Shown here: positions 14,297 through 29,599 of the stretch, in pieces
Numbering within the stretch: the first letter of the stretch is position 1
How the letters are laid out: every line of letters starts with the position of its first letter
From: Bigelowiella natans CCMP2755
Taxonomy: Eukaryota; Protista; Cercozoa
Length of the DNA stretch: 64,000 nucleotides
Reading direction: 5' to 3'
Assembly: GCA_000320545.1 (NCBI GenBank)
Contig: ADNK01001812.1
Location: 8,864-72,863, forward strand
Translations under genes and position numbers: made by a program
The notes under the pieces: generated by a model
What the model was told of the DNA's origin: nothing
Database searches by the model: none
Seen by the model: the letters and a program-made list of their open reading frames with translations, nothing else

Positions 14297-15886
14297 GTCA
14301 TAACAATAGGTATGCCTTATATCTTGCTTTCTTCATACTAACGGTAATTGGTTAGAGAAGGCGTGCTAGTGTTATAAGTGGAGACGTGAGCCGGCGAAGA
14401 ACCCACCGAGAGTGTGACGTTGTTGATGATTTTGTGGTGTTCTTGGGAAATAAAAGGGTTGGCCTTTTGGAGATCTAGAAGCGCCTGAGAGCTCAGTCGT
14501 GACGCCATTAGATACCTGTCATATTGAACATGGTTGACACCGCAATACGTGCTCGCTGGCCATGGATATTGCTGTTAAAAAACGCCATTTATGTTTGGTG
14601 TTTCCAGGGTTTCACACTTGGAACTACATATCAATACGTCGCTTCCCCCCTCCCCCTCTCTCTCTCTCCCTCTCTCTCCCTCTATGTGTGCGCGCGCGTG
14701 CGTTGTACGCTTTATCTAATCTCCCCCCGCGCCCAAGCCTTTTGCTTCCTACTCAAGGTCAATCATGGGCCGGCTCCCACTGATCCGTGCAACGAGAAGC
14801 CGCAGCTTTGCATATTCCTCCGAGAACATTCCGCCAGGTTGCTTCGCATCCAGTTCTGGCACTTTGTTGCTAAGTTTGAGAGCGAAATCCACGGCTTTCG
14901 GCAAGACGAACAGGTCCTTGGAGCGGATAACATCGACTTTCTGGACAAGGAGTGAAAGCATGGCTATTGCCTTATCGATACCGGGGTCTCGTCGGTTTTT
15001 AATATATCGTGCAATGTCAGAGCGCGAAAAATGCGCAAGTTGGGGCCGTTTTTTAGAGTTCATCTTAGTAGCGTAATCTTTGATATCCGTGCTAAGGCGG
15101 GAGAATTATTGTTGCGTATGGGTAAGGAAATGCTTGAGAGGGTGCGTCTCAGGCGTTCATATTTACTCTATGCGAAAAGACGAATAAATGAAAAACAATT
15201 AAAAACGTGTTTTTTCCAAAAATCCGTTGTTGGCTTTCGCGTTGTTCTGACTGGATTTCAAATCGAAATTGGGAAACTAAACACAGCTGCATCGGAAGAA
15301 TGGCTAAACGTCGTACCGTAGCCTTGACAACATCGACTTGGCGACATGGCTCTTGGCCTCAGGATGATCCGATATGTCAAATCCTAGCTCGCCGGAAACT
15401 TTTGCTTCTTCATCCTCTGCTTTCACCATGCTGATAAACGATGAGAGACCGACGTCGCGCAAAGGACTGCTAAGAAGGGCTTCTAGATCGGCTTTTGATG
15501 TCCCGACATGTGCAGCATCAATAGTCCATGGAAGTACATGGATTCGGTCCCGTTTACCTGGAACATGTAGGCTGAAAATTACTGGCAAATAATCTATTTC
15601 TCGAGAATTTTTGTCGCGTCTTACGGTTATTCATTTTTTCTTATCATAGGAAATGCTGGGCACTTATGCATCGGCAAGTCATTTGAAACTCAATAGTTTC
15701 AAGAAGAGATTTTTAATGTGGTGGAGTGCACGCGCAGAGAAATCATTGATATATGGAACAGTAGATAATCCGGACAAAGAAAGGAAAAGAAAGAGAAAGA
15801 TAGGGTGAGAAAGAGATCTAAATAGCCAGAAAATGAGGAAGTGAAGGATAAAGCGAGCGAGAGAGAGAGAGAGAGAGAGAGAAAGG

Positions 15887-15926
<40 letters not shown>

Positions 15927-17508
15927 AAACACAAGGAGAAATGGAAAAGACGACTCACAGTCATGTAGCTCTGCGGTTGGAACATGGGTATAAGACACTT
16001 CGATCGAATCCGTAGTCGGTTTCCTAAAGGCTCTTTTTCCAAGGATCGCCGTGAAATACAGGTCCAACAAGCTTCCTCCTTTATTCACCAATCGCTCGTA
16101 GTGCTGATACAAAGCCAAAATCTTGGGCGCGTTCTCTCTGTTATTTAACTGCGTATTGGTTTTGAGCAGCGAGGGGATTTTAGCAGCCCAGTCATACGGC
16201 GCGGATTTGCCTCTATACGCACAGAGGATGAGATAGTAAGGAATCGGCGACTTATCGCCTTGACGACTGTCGTTTGCGAACGGAGTAAGGCCGTTCATCG
16301 TATGCCGATAATAGAGGAACTTCGTCAAGAGCAACCCCATCTCCCGCCCCACCTCCTGCAAGCCGTCGTTGCCAGGCCCACCGAGGAAAAGGGGAAACCG
16401 CCCTGTCACGAGGTCGTACAGAAAAAAGAAACCTAGGTTCTTCTTCTGCGCCTGGATATTGTCCATTAACACCTTTTGGCACTCCGCGGTGCCGTTTGTC
16501 CCGCTCGTAGTGTCTTTGGGCGGCCTGTACATACTGACACATTCCCATATCTTGGCGTGGTACTGACCGTTGCTGTTGTTTAAGTCTGAAGCCCTGTATA
16601 AACACAGCAAATGTTATTGCTGACCGTTCTAGGTTATCTACTATAAACATGCATGATTGTACGTTACAGAGTCGACAGAGTCGACAGAAGAGCATTTGCC
16701 ATTAGCAATTTGTTTGTAGAGCAAGCGGAAACCATATGAATGCGGCAGCATTACTTCTTGTCCTTGAAGTTGTGTTTTGTGAAAAATTTCTTCGCAGATA
16801 GCTCGAAGAGGCGCCAAGGCAGCCCGCCAGGTTTTCCACTGCTTCCCCTTACGGTCACTGTCTTGTTCTTGACTTCTGCGCGGGTTTTATGGAAGCTGTT
16901 GATATGATTCTGGAGGCTGATCTTAGAGACGCTTGATCCAACTGCAGACACAATACGAGCTTCTTGGACGTGACTAACATCCACCAAATAATAATCGTTA
17001 TGAGCTTATGCTGATATTCGCCGAATTATGCAATATGTACATATATATGTATATTTATATACATATATATAATTATACGTATTCAGACAGCATTTAAATT
17101 CGCCCCAACCTGAAACGGCACTCCGCGCTAACATGGCCCAGTTTATCAATATAAGAGCCGTATTCAAAGGCGAGATCCCACGGAAGTTTTTCCCCACTAA
17201 GAGAAAACGATGAGTAGTGAGCAGCAAGCCGATGAGAGGGTGTCACGAATGCAAGAGCTATCTTCTAGATAAGGAACATAGAATACGATTTCTAGGCTTT
17301 TGAAGATGTGGAAATGCAATACCTGTAAAGAAGCGCCATGCTCAGCTTTATTTTGCATGCTTGGGCATCAGGATGTGTGTCGGTAGCGATGGGAAGCCAG
17401 AACTGCAAAATGCATCTCTCTGCCGACGATAACGGCATATCCGACTCGCAAGCATCGATCAAGGAAAACGCAGCTTTGTAGCTGAGAAGTCGAGTGTGCA
17501 TAAATATG

Positions 17509-17549
<41 letters not shown>

Positions 17550-18706
17550 ATAAATTTGTGTGCATTTTGACAGACATGGGTGCTGTGTGATGTCGGGCTG
17601 AATAATCTATGCTATATGTGTGTATGTATATATGTGTGTATGTGTGCGTATTGCGCGCGACGTGCCTACGAGCTTGGAGATATACAACACTAAACCGATG
17701 ATCACACTTATACTCAAACACTGCCTCAAACTTACTTGCGGTGTAGAGCCTTCATCAATGCCAGGTATAACGTGCTAGCGAGGTTGGGGCACATCAAAAA
17801 CATACGAGAAACATGCACAGGGTAGATGAAGTAGCGTTGCGGCATCGACTTCAACCAATGGGGGTCACTTCGATCGATGACTAATTCGCAAGAGAATGGG
17901 GCCGACCCCACCTGCAAAGAAAATTAGGAATTATAGCGCTTTCAGCGATTGACTTTACATCACGCATTATTGCATTGTTGACTCAATGCTTGTAGTGAAA
18001 TAGAGGGAAAAAATATGTTTTAATAAGGGGGAAAAAATGTTTTACTAAGGATATCGAGATAATAAAAGACAACACTTTACCGTAAAGGTTAAAGCAAAAG
18101 TAAATCTATCCAAAATTCTATGAGAGGCGCTCGAAGATGCATGCCCAATTCGCTCATTAATCGTTTCGCATTTTCAAAAATACTCAAGAATAATAGCAAA
18201 AGATATTTGTATACATATAAATATTTTTTAAATAACCGATGTTTTTGATTGTATAGTTATGTATTTGTATGGCTTATTTTGGTTATCCTACGTAAGGGCG
18301 TTGTGGCTCTGCATTGGAAACAAGTACGAATAGTTCCTAAAATAGAGGTCATGATCAATGAGTATATTTGTTGGAAAATACGTGAAATAATGACTACAAA
18401 TTCTTCACATCATCAATTCATAAGGTTAGGCTGGACTCCCCTGTCCTCCCCCCTCCCCCCCAATAGAATAAACGGACCTTTTTGCTGTTTTCTAGCAAGA
18501 GGGAGGCCGGCAAACCATCCATCAGCTCTTCAATCTTCGCATTCCGAAAATCAGAAACGAAGAGCCCAGAATGCTCAATGCTGCGGCGCAGTTCGCACAC
18601 AAAACACGCAAGTTATTTTCCGACCTAGAACACTATTATGCACTTAGTGGTAGTGGTAGATAGCCATGAATGATGACTTCCAGGAGAATATTAGCGAGCA
18701 TCAAAG

Positions 18707-18759
<53 letters not shown>

Positions 18760-18993
18760 TATTGACATATTTAAATAAACAGATAAGACTTACCTATAAA
18801 GAAGCGCTGCGTCTCCATGATCTGGATCGATTTCGGGATCGAAGCTCAGCTATTGGCAAGTGAGAGTGCGAAAACAATTTCAATCTATGACGACGATTGT
18901 TGAATGCGTTCCCATCACAACAACCCTCGCTCCGGGAAATACGCAAACATTTTGGATCGCTAGGCCGACAGCATCATCAAAACAAAGACTATG

Positions 18994-19024
<31 letters not shown>

Positions 19025-20455
19025 TATCGCTCAACGTTAACAACGCATATACCTGGAGGCGCGGCATTTCGATGAGGGTAATCTCCACCATTGCATCTTG
19101 CTTTGCGCTCGTGTCCTCCGTCCATACAAGGGTGTATCTAAAAGCAAATGCGATTTATGTTTATCGCGCTCGACAACAACTACACTCTATGGAAAGCGTA
19201 CGAGAGGTCTTCGAGGCGCCCAAGAACATCTGCCAGACGCGCCAAAAACGGATCTTTGCTGTTTCGATGCACAAGAGAGACGAGAAGCATTTTCTTGCGA
19301 GGGTTATCGAGAGACGTTGCCGTGACCTTCAGATATATTGGATGGCAAAGTATGGGGGGTTGTTTCTTTCTCACGAAAACCATTCTCGTATGCTATGTAT
19401 TTGGGTTATTGACACCTCCCACGCTCAGCCATAAAAATCTCTGCGCGAGCGCAAGCACACGTAAAACATCACTTCTATTGAAACTACCAACGAACCTTCT
19501 CTTACATGTGACTAATATATATATATATATATATATAATAAATAGTGCAAATCATTAATAGAAGGCTCTCTTACCCTTGCAGCGTATTTCGTCCGGTGGG
19601 TAAACGTGGCGGAATCGGTATTGTTATCGATCACCACCTCGAGCGAGTATTGAAGCGCGCCCAGGGGCACGCCGGTGTTAGCCGCCGTGTGATCGTCCGT
19701 TTTTCGCTCACCGTAAAGGCGAATGGAAGAGTTGCCGCTGTAGCTACCAGCATTGCTGAAGTCCTCCCAGAAAAGGAAGTTATCCACGAGCACGGAGGGC
19801 AGCAAGCCCTGCAGCTTCCTGGCGGAGACGAGGCGCTCTATCGAGGAAAGACTGGGTGAGTGGTGCTTGCGTCTCCGCGGCAGCGAACAAACGCCGCCGC
19901 CGCCATTCCCACGCCCGCCCCTCAGAGTGTGTGCCGGGCGAGAGTGCGTTTGAAACTCGCCAGGTAATTTACCAAAAAACGAGGGATAACGAACATACTC
20001 GTTTATGCATATATATATGTAGCGGATTATTTCTACAAACCTCGCCCTCTTCTCGGCGAGCCTTTGAAGTCCTCCTTTCCATCCTTTGTCCTGAAGATCT
20101 CCAGGGACCTCTCCCAGCGGGTTTGCATCTCGTCGTCCACGAAGCCAGTTTCATATCTGACAAAAACGAATTGTGAGCAGAGTTTGAGCGCGTGCTTTCC
20201 CTTCCAATGCCGAATAGTCTACATGATGCAGAACCTGAAATTTGCTGGCCATTCTCTCTTGCGATCTAAAGAAGGTTCCAAGTTCGGGGGATATAGCTGC
20301 TTCGTGCACTGTAGCGGAGTGAGGTCGCAGAGGGAAACTTGAGAGCGGGAAGAATAGATTTGCCGTCGGAAGAATCGGCGGCCATTCTCGCTGAGTGCCC
20401 ACACCTTATATAAAGATATATCTTTTCGATTTCGAGGCTCGTAGTGAATTCAATA

Positions 20456-20494
<39 letters not shown>

Positions 20495-20979
20495 TGTATC
20501 GTATATTCTTACATTTTGACGATAGAAAGGGGTAAGACTAGGAAACGTCCCAACCAGATAAGCAGATCTCTAGTAGGGATATTATCGTCTGTCACCTGTA
20601 CGAGCTTGTGCTTCCAAACGAATATCTGAACGGTCAAGGTGGAAATAAATACGTGTTACTTTGATGGACATAGGAGGAGGGGGTTGGGAACCTGCGCTGC
20701 GCTCAATTTCTCCCACATCAACAAACACCGATCGTACTTCCTACCTCTTTGAAACATCCCGGGTCGCTTCCCTCCAGGTACCCGTCGCGGTAGAAGAATG
20801 AAATCATCGTCGCATCAGGCCGAGCGATAGTGATCGGAGCGAAGATCTTTGCAATTGCTGTCTTGGGATATACTTCACGAAGAATGGGCATTATGATGGC
20901 CCCCGCCCACCGTTCACTGGAAGCGAGTTGACTGATTGGCCGAGTGTATGTAATGCCTGTTTGGTATATATTCTTATAA

Positions 20980-21025
<46 letters not shown>

Positions 21026-23290
21026 ATACATGTGTGTGTGTGTGTGTGTGTGTGTATACATGTATATTTATGTGTTTGTGTGTGTTTGTATTGTATTTTT
21101 TCCTAATTCTTACAACCTTTGAATATAAACCCATTTTTTAACACGGAAGGGTAGCCTACCACCAACTTCTCCAGATTCGCAATCTTCGGGGCCCTTCTGC
21201 TACTGTTTTTCGCGTCATACCTGCAAGCGTCGCAGTTCAAAAATTAGGAAGTTTTTTGTATGCGTTTTCAATTCGGGGGGCCTACCAACTTCCAAAGATG
21301 TTCTCCCAAAGAATGATTTCCGCGTTCTTCTCGTCGACTAGCTCGAAGTGCCTTTCACAATTACAGCGGCATTGCAATTTGGGCGTTATTTCCACCAATC
21401 GAAGAAGGTGAAACTGGGATGCTATGCATGATTAGGTGGCGGAATCTTCGCGTGTAATAGGAGTAGTGTTACCGAAGCTGGGTTGTGTGTCTCTTCAGCG
21501 AACAGTGGAGCTTTCGATGACCGAAAACGGCGATGTAATCCGGGTCTCGATGAACTTCGTCCGAAATTGGATTGATCACAGCGCTGTTCAGCACCACGTG
21601 TGAGACGAGGCATATTTAATTTAAAAGATACAATTATTAAACACAGCTGATGACGAATGCCACCGTGCGCGGGGAATGGCGGGAGGGGGGGATTGGGGGG
21701 GGGGGGGGGGGGGGGGGGGGAAGGAGGGATGTCGCTTTGGCATGAAGACAGCCCCCGCTTTAACTGACGCAATTGGGAAATGCACGACTGTAGGGTATAG
21801 CGATACACCTGTTCAGCTGGAGTGTGCATGTATTGAGATCGAAGGCGACATTTCCGTCAGCTCCAAGCACGCCGTTGGTGGCCGTGTTTCGCCATCGACG
21901 AAAAGATTTTCCGGAACCTCTTACAATGACCTGTACCACTTTGTCCATCACTTCTTGCAGCTCGCCGTTGCTTCGAAGCCTGTGTTGATGATTTTTTACA
22001 ATTCATACGCAGAAGGAATCAGGGGGGGGGTTGTCGCATCGGGTATACGAGTCGAGTGGGCAACATGCCATAAGCGTTCAGCATAAAGTCGCATGTACAA
22101 TGATTGCGGCACCCCAAAATCTTCCCAGTTTCCCCACCCGACCCGACAGGTGACGTTTCACGCCATCACCAAAAATCTTCGCGACATACTGTTTTCCTAG
22201 AGATCGATCATTAGAAGATTTAGCCTGTCTCACCAGCGGCTGGCCTTCCTTCTAAAGCCTTGCAGCGCAGAGAAAACTTCGTGCTCGGGTATTTTCAGGG
22301 CGTGCGTTTTCACGTACACACGCGAGCTGCCTCTGGTTGCGTTGGAATCGCGCTTGCCTTGTAGATCGCCTTCGCCCCCGAACGAATAGTAGCTCATCAG
22401 AAACCCGAAGTGGCCTAGGAAGGCTCCTGTGTGGTCAGGATTCATAGCGCTGTAGGGGCGAGCTCGAAGAAGTACGCAAATGTGTGCCGAGAGAACCGAA
22501 TGAGATGCTAAGTCGTCATCGGCGTTGCACTGCGACACCCACGCCTCCAGCACTCCCAGCATAGTCGTTTTCCGCTTCTTAAGCGGCGCGCCGCGTCGGT
22601 AGAACAGGACCTCTTCCAGCTCTCGAGTCTCCTGCTGCACAGCCCCCGCCGACCTGGGGTGAAAGTCCACCACGCTCTCGACAAAGGTGAGAATGCGGCC
22701 CGAGAGGCGCGCCAGGAGAAGGACGATGTCGCGTGACGAGGAGTTGTAGCGCCGCAGATCCATCTCACGCAGTGTGTTCTTGACCATTTTTTTCAGAGGC
22801 CCGATAACCGTGGCTGGGGAGTTTATCAACTCGGTGTAGATGTACCTTTGTAGCGTGAAATACAAGAGGAGTGCAGACGGAGAAGCGAGACGCAACACAA
22901 CATTAGGCACTAGTGGCGCCAACAGATGCTAGACGATCTTCAAAACGCAGGGATAAACATACCAACAAGACATCAAGATTGCGAGCGAAAAGACGAACAA
23001 ATAAACACGGGTATGTACCCAAATTGCGTCCCAATTTCTCTCTGGACAGGAACTTCGCCATGGAGCAAAAGTGCCTTACTGTCGGCAGCGGACATGTAGC
23101 TTCCAATCTCAAAGAGAGACCCGCTGAACACGGCGTCGAGTTCAGGGTTGATAAGAGAAAGGTATCTTTGGCGCGCAAGGAAGAAGTCCATCACGAGCGG
23201 AATGCGAAGATAGCTGGGCAAATAAACTCAATTTCAGTGCGGCATCCAGCTGCTACAAATGTTGCTTCTTTCTCCCACTATTGATCTCTC

Positions 23291-23330
<40 letters not shown>

Positions 23331-23542
23331 TCTCTCTCTCTATGTCTATCAATCTCCCTCTATTTATCTCGGCACGGGCTTGTTCGCCACCGTTGCGTTT
23401 GCATAAGTTTGTGTTTTAGTTATTGTTTATGCTTACGGGACGGTGAGGAAAGTCAGGAGTGCTTCGGAGTCCTGGAGAATGGGATGGAACATGTAAATAC
23501 ATGGGAGAAATGCATGGGATATGTAAATTTCACACACATACG

Positions 23543-23590
<48 letters not shown>

Positions 23591-23916
23591 TAAATACATA
23601 TATGAGAGAAAGAAAGATATATTTCGTGTGTGCGCGCGCGTGTGTGTGTGTGAAAGAGGGTGTACACTTATGGCGGGATCAATACGATTTGCTCTCACTC
23701 GCCATTGCAGTTGATTCAATACCTGGTCGCTAAGAGTGTTATCGAAGCTGGGCATTCGACGATGGTGGATAACGTCATCTTCTGTTACTCTAGAACTACC
23801 AGGTGACAGGGGGGGGTAAAGAAGGGGGGGCACATCGATTGCCACAAACACAACGAAAATCATCAATTATGCCCGCGCACCCAAAAAGAGAATAGAATGA
23901 AGCCGATAGAGATTCG

Positions 23917-23989
<73 letters not shown>

Positions 23990-24514
23990 TGTGTGTGTGT
24001 CTATGCGTGTGTGTGAAATATGTTCTAGGTAAGAATGTCGATCTCCAACAAAAGCACATTGCACACCTGTTTCCGGTGGCTTGGATTTGAAACCTCCTAT
24101 TCTTCAGATCTATATCGCTGAATAGCCCAAGATTCTCGCATTGACTAAGCGGTAGCAGATAATAGTGTTTTGAGTTTGCAGTCTCTCAGAGACTTCTCAG
24201 AGACTTGAGTAGCAAAGGAGATCGGTGCTTTGAGGTTAAGGTATCGTTAATCTAACCTTGGCTTGGCAGGATTGTGCCAGAAGAAGAAAGTCCAGAACGT
24301 GACTTTTATCTTTAATCTTTGACAGTCGGGTTCTCCGATTTTGAAGTTCAGATTCACCTCCGACAGTTTCCTGGAATATATATATATATATATATATATA
24401 TGGATAATAAAAATATTATATATTTACATTGTGCGTGTGTGTGTGTGTGTGTGAATGAATGCGTTGTCTTAACGTAACACGATTCATTCGATGCAAATTT
24501 AGGATGATCCAAAT

Positions 24515-24573
<59 letters not shown>

Positions 24574-26888
24574 TAACACAACATGAATCACTACATACAT
24601 TTAAACACTAGAAGGGGATACTAGAAATGAGGTCAAACCAATGGGAAAACGCACCATCGCTTGAGTTTGCATTGATGGCTCTTACCGCGCTGTGTTATCA
24701 TAAATAGTATTGCAAGATCTCGTAGCCCACGAAAGGCCTCTGACTTCTGTACGACAACTCCGGAGCCCGTGCCGAAACAGTTTTTAGCGTAATTCTCCAC
24801 ATCTGAGAGTTTGCCGTCGTCGTCGATGTTCATTCGCCTCATCATGTTGCGTGTAAACTGGAACGTGGAGCAGTGCTTTGCGAACATTTGGGCTGAAGGG
24901 TAGTCGAATAGGAACCCGCTATCGCGTTTCAACCGCTTACTTTCTCGGTGCCAATGCACGTATCTGACCGGGTAGAATTAAGGGAAAGAGCCAGCTCAGA
25001 TTGGGAGAGAAAAGTCAAAGATTTTTTTTTTTGTTTAAGACAAAACGAATGAGAGCATTACTAGCTGCCAGGCATCGTCAGCACGATAACCGTCGCGGCA
25101 AAGGAGGGTGGGGGGGAGGAAGCTAAGTCGGAAGGCTGCATTGCAATGAGGAGGCGAAATCATTTACTCGCAAAGTTTGGCACGGGCCCTTGCCACGCTC
25201 GGCTCTGTGATAACGAATCGCATGTCATCAATCCAAAGGCCTTTACTCCGATCTCCTTCACAAGTAGCAAAGCTAAGGGCGAACCCGTCGATCTCTTGGC
25301 TGATGTTTTCGAAAGGCACACGGAGAGAAATAGAGAAAAACTAATCAATCTCATGCCCGGCGTCGGAATGATAAGGCGGTCAAGTTCTAAGAACTAGAGC
25401 CTTCGCTAAAAAACGAGTAAGTGTGACATTGTTTATAGAAAAGAAATGTGTGTAGCTGTGCGTGCTTGCACACATGCGGTTATGAAGTATTAGTTATAGA
25501 TATAAGCGGCAGCACACTAGCTAGCATACCTAATAGGAAGCGGTGCGTCACTGGCCTTTATACGACAGAGGAGATCATATATTGCCAGTATAAGACCCGT
25601 CACGATGCACACCTCTGCTTCGCTTTCGTAACAAGGCTAAGTGTGGCGATCGCCAAACACAATAAACGATGAGCTACAAAAGAGGAGAAGGAACTTGCGT
25701 GTTGATAGGAAGACGAAAGGGGTTAAACTGCAATGCTGTGATAGAGAATACCCAATGTAGGAAGATCGACGGCATTAGGCGTTATACTCTTGGAATATTA
25801 ATATTACTTTCGCGATACTATATTCGCATCATGGTTGTCACAATCAGGCTGGCGATACAATCATTTTAAGTTGCTCTTACTCGTTATATTCTAGAGGCAT
25901 TGGCACCTGTGTGGAGTAGAAGAACGAAAGATAATACTTTCCAACCGTCCGCAGCAGTAAGAGTATTGCCTTCTGCTGTGAAGCGGTCAGCTTTAGCCTA
26001 CACCAGAACTGCGATTTGTTTGTGATTGGCTCGGCGGCTGGTAGCGCCTCGGTAAACAGAGACCGTATTGCCGCGATTGCCTACGATAAAGAGGCGACAC
26101 GAATAGAGGATGAACAACAACAATCAGACGCTTAGATGATTCGCGATGTGTCTTCAGAATTCTCGGGTCCAAAAAACCTGTAGCAGATCAGCCAGGGAGT
26201 TCATCTCCATCTTGCACATGCTCTCGCACTTTTTCAACTGATCGATGACGTCCTGGGCGGTGCTAACCCCGTTCCCAATCTCCAGAAACGGCCTGGAAAT
26301 CACAGACGCTGCCGAGCGGGCAGGGCCTGGGCAGATGTCGCGCAGCTGGTCGCGTTTTGCTTTACTCAGCACCGCGAAGTCGTCAAACCCAGGGAACGGA
26401 GACCATTTCCCTCGCATCTGCATATCGAGTATCTTTGGGGGCTCTAAGGTACCGTGTCCGCGAACTGGGAGGGCGGCGGTCTATATAAGGCAGATAGTCA
26501 ATTGCTCAAGCAATTGCTAACGTACGAAAGGCAACATGCGCGTGTAAGTGTCAGAGTTTTCTCCTAGGATCTTTGATTCGGGGAACATCTCTTGGGAATT
26601 TCCATACCCGCGATTTGATATTGGAGACGATGCTGAGAATTTCCTCCAGCTGTTTCCCCTAAATATGCGCGACAAGCGAAAAGTGCATTTTTACCAATGC
26701 TGTGGACGACTAGGTTTGTCCATTCAATTCCTAAAGGAAATGAAAGTAAACAGGACCGTCTGGCGACTCTTATCAGCTTCCTTCAGAGCAGCATAGGCCA
26801 CTTGGTGACAACCGATATCGATAACAAATCTGAGGATAGAATGTAATATCAAATTCGTATATTAATAAGTTCTTCCTCTTCTCTCTCA

Positions 26889-26919
<31 letters not shown>

Positions 26920-27776
26920 GCGCGCGCGCTAAATGCTCAGTTCTCTTTCGTTTCTAATATATCTGCAATATATCGCTCAAATTGACGGAAAAAGCTCCCG
27001 AGATAATGTTAAGACTTAGTACGATCATTTGGTAAGAAGGGGGCGCACTTTTCTGAAAAGCTGAGCGTTGAGGAGAACTGCAAATCCGAAAGAGTCAGCA
27101 GCAAAAACCTAAAGGCAATGGCCATGTTTAATGCACTTCGTTGAAACCGAGCAGCTCTCACCACATGCACTTACAACAGTGAAATCTGCAGCAACTTACT
27201 CTTTTCTGATAGCAAAGTTGGTTTGCTTCGCCTTGTCAAAAGAAAACCCGTGCCTCCGCATCAGGTAGTGAAAAGCGGCGAGAATCGACTTGAAATAGCA
27301 TGTTCCCGCACGCTGAGGCGTTCGCCAATCGGAGTATTTGTCTTTGACTGCCGATTTATCGACGATGTCTATTTGCGAATTATCATTTTATCACAATATA
27401 GATCGCAGAGGGCACGAGGGGGTTTATGATAAGGCCATTGGTTTGACGAAAATATAAATAGAAACTACGCTCGCTTCATCACGTTATATGCGTTCTAGAG
27501 GGGAAGCGAAAAGTATTTGGTTGTATGTGCATTCGTCCTCTAGTCTGAGCAAGAAACCCGTTTCTTATTCAGCAGAGCTGCATGTCAACCTGTTTTTCCA
27601 TCGTCCCCGAGAAGGAATGGGAGGATTATATCGTAGAATATCGGGCACTGATGAGCTTCGTGGCGTTGCTTTGATATCTTTGTCCACATCCAAAGGCCAG
27701 CAGGATGTAATATACGGCTTGCAGCAAGACCACCCAATCGCATGCACGTTCGTTGTTTTTGCTGTGACAGAAGGTG

Positions 27777-27825
<49 letters not shown>

Positions 27826-28079
27826 CAACTAATAAATAGTTATTTATTTATCTATTTATATATTTACTGCCATATCCGTGTTTTGTTCTGCTCGAGTTTT
27901 TGCATATTGGACTAGGTATTTGAACGCTACGATGCGGTAACCTTCGGGGTAAAAGCTCCCGTCGCCGGATGGTATTTAAGGCCTTCCCCGGTATTGCAAA
28001 TGATCAAATCGAAGGTTCCTCTGTCAGAATAGAAAATAGATAAAAATATGCTTGCATTTAGAAACACATATTATAAATA

Positions 28080-28133
<54 letters not shown>

Positions 28134-29035
28134 ATTCGTCCATTGGTTTGCATGAATAAGTTGATTTGGCATTTAAGATGTAACACCTATTGCCACTCCC
28201 TGAAGCGCGCTCGAATATGCACATTATAGCATGTCCGCCCCCTGCGTTTATCCATCCGGTTGGGAGGAGGAACATTTCTCCGATCCGAAGATTCATCAAT
28301 CGTTTTTGCATATGAGCGACGAACTCGTTATGCTGACTACTGCTCCCCGCCCCTTTGGCAGAAAGCGAAACGGAATCTGAAAGGGGGATATGTGTGTGTG
28401 TGTGTGAGTGTGTGTGTGTGTGTGTGTCTGTGTGTATATACATATATCAAACACTGTCAATTCCCAAACTCCTCCCCATTCTTCTTCACTCCGTATAACA
28501 GCCTCCCCCGTTAGGCATGCAAGTTAATACCTTTGATAAGTCCCAACACGGTCCTCAACTTGACCACATCCCCGACCCCGTACGACGTCAACCAGCTCGT
28601 ATGATTCTCAATAAGGCGCTCCAAAGCGAAAGCAAATATCTTGATCGAAGGAGTCACAGGTCCCCCATTGAGCTCCGTGCACATAATGAAGGGATCGCAA
28701 AACTCTCCCACATAGGCCTGTGTATTCCAGATTCCGCTAGGGGGCTTGGGATTTCCACAGCAGTCACGAAGTCCTCCTCCTCCAAATATAGCTGTGACGG
28801 CGAACTGCGTGAGCCGGTCAGGAGGAGTCGAGAATGTGTTACTGAGGACAGTTTTGGTGGGGCTCGATGGGAGAGCCTTTCCGGGACGAGCCGTGGAACG
28901 TTGAGAGCTCTTTGATTCCTGGAGAATAGGGATAGAAACTTTGAGATCCTTACGCTCAAATTCACACAAAACAACACATACACACATCCAACTTCTATTT
29001 AAAGACAAGTATATCGTTTTATTCTCTCCCCTCTC

Positions 29036-29081
<46 letters not shown>

Positions 29082-29562
29082 AATACATGACTTCTGATCG
29101 GTTTCATGAGTCTATACAAGGCCACAACGGTGCACACCTTTTTAATATTCCCGGCATTATTGTTTTGGGGCCGTGCATTTCCACCATCGTTATTGGGTCG
29201 TGCGTTTCCACAAACCGAGCAGGTTGTCGCTCGCATGTTTGTGTTATGAAATGTGCACATACTGCAAACCCAGTGCTTGGGGGTGCTTATTTTGGAATTT
29301 GTTATATTTGTTTCTTTCTTTTTCGATTTGGCTTTTGTTTCTGGTTTCTTTGCCGGCTTGGACGAGGGTTTCTTGGCCTCTTTTTTGCTTCCGGACTGAA
29401 TTCACAGACAGGCTATATAAGCGGCGAATAATGTGATTTTGAAAATCATGGTTGTGGAGGGTCGGATACCTTCGCCCTTGGAGTGGCACATACTTTGCAT
29501 TTTGTATCCGAATCTTTGTAAACATGGGGCAATAAGGATTATGCAAATATGAGGCAATAAGG

Positions 29563-29599
<37 letters not shown>

